This document shows positions 63,021 through 64,000 of a stretch of DNA of 64,000 nucleotides, piece after piece (within the stretch, counting starts at the first letter, position 1; each line of letters starts with the position of its first letter). The translations under genes were made by a program, and so were the position numbers. The notes under the pieces were generated by a model, which saw only the letters and a list, made by a program, of their open reading frames with translations, was not told the DNA's origin and made no database searches. Origin of the DNA: Felis catus (taxonomy: Eukaryota); the NCBI RefSeq assembly GCF_018350175.1, contig NC_058368.1, positions 4,092,001-4,156,000 on the forward strand, in the 5' to 3' direction.

Positions 63021-63958
63021 AAATCTTCCGAGGTTTTGACAAAATCCAGAATGCAGATAGACATGCAAATATTAAAGCTTAGCAACTAACTCGAGTTTAA
63101 AAACTAAACTACGATAGTCAACACTACGTGGACCAAACAAGTCCCACCTCACCTGGAGGCAGCCCGCGGAGGACATCCGGGCAAGGGCGATGACGGTGGG
63201 GAGAACAGGCACTGGAAGTGGTGTTCAGTGGTTAGTGATCGCTGAGACCAGACAGGACGCAGATCACGCTGCACGGGGTTAGCAGTGAGTTGAGAGTTGA
63301 GCAAGTGGAGGCACAACACGTGAAAAGCCGCACTCCCTTGCCGGCCTCTTGACGTCCTGAACTGCGCAGAACAGCCATCCTGGGAAAGCCTGGGACTCAG
63401 GCACCTGCTCAGAGCAGCTCAGGTGGTTCCTTTTTCTCATTTATAGACAGCTTGGCACAGAGGGAAAATAAAAGTTATTGTTTCTCTAAAATACCTGCAG
63501 GGGCCCGAGAGCTGAGGCTGGATTTAATCAGCGAAGGTCATGCCCATTAGCGTCCATTAATGTCATTGCTATCTGTGGTGCCTCTCGAAGCTCCGCCCGG
63601 TCCAGCAGATTCTTTCAAACCCTGAGGCGATTGTGTTTGGGCTGTTTCGGGCTGGGAAGCAAGATGAGAGCCCCAGGAGACTGAGGATACGATGCATCAG
63701 CTGGGTTCCTGCCATCACTTAGCAAACCCTCACAGCGAAAGGACTCCCAGTGAGGTGAGTCTTGCCTTTCAGAAGGCCTTTGCTTGTCAGCACACCTGGA
63801 TGTTAGCTTTCCAGTGAGGACCGAATAACGAAGGCTAGTTGTTTATCTCTTCTAGAACTTGGTTGCCCCAACTATGAAATAGAAATAATGATCGCAAACC
63901 TCCCGATTCAGGAGGTTTCCTGTACTTATCATAGTGCAACATGCAACTGAATACGTGC

Positions 63959-63959
<1 letters not shown>

Positions 63960-63995
<36 letters not shown>
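63960..63995 (+). repeat. (GT)n microsatellite
   Basis: About 18 units. Confidence 0.97.
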
Positions 63996-63996
<1 letters not shown>

Positions 63997-64000
63997 TTAA

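Noticed and set aside
4097..63089. Recurrent similar short ORFs (MAQSVKRPTSAQV..., GQRETEHERGRG...) suggesting a peptide family
   Set aside because: These are translations of dispersed Can-SINE copies

Overview
Mammalian genomic DNA, almost certainly felid (cat-like). It carries about 40 tRNA-derived Can-SINEs, including young SINEC_Fc-type copies with intact TSDs, and carnivore/felid LINE-1 3' ends. I could not recognise any protein-coding exon, RNA gene or intact transposon ORF. The supplied ORF track is explained by decayed L1 ORF1/ORF2, SINE read-through and chance ORFs. The window looks intergenic or deep-intronic. 1-13.7 kb is mixed unique DNA, MIR/L2 and solo LTRs. 13.7-38.8 kb is an almost continuous stack of + strand LINE-1s with multiple nested insertions. 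38.9-39.7 kb is a CpG-enriched unique island with promoter/enhancer-like motifs. 40-54 kb holds LTR, HAL1/L1 and Tigger elements, and 54-64 kb is comparatively repeat-poor. I found no support for a novel biological system. The most notable observations concern retrotransposon mechanics: serial reuse of one target site by four SINEs, a twin-priming-type L1 5' inversion, multi-layer nesting and a templated repair scar. Repeat subfamily names come from recalled consensus sequences, not a database search, and boundaries of old elements are approximate.
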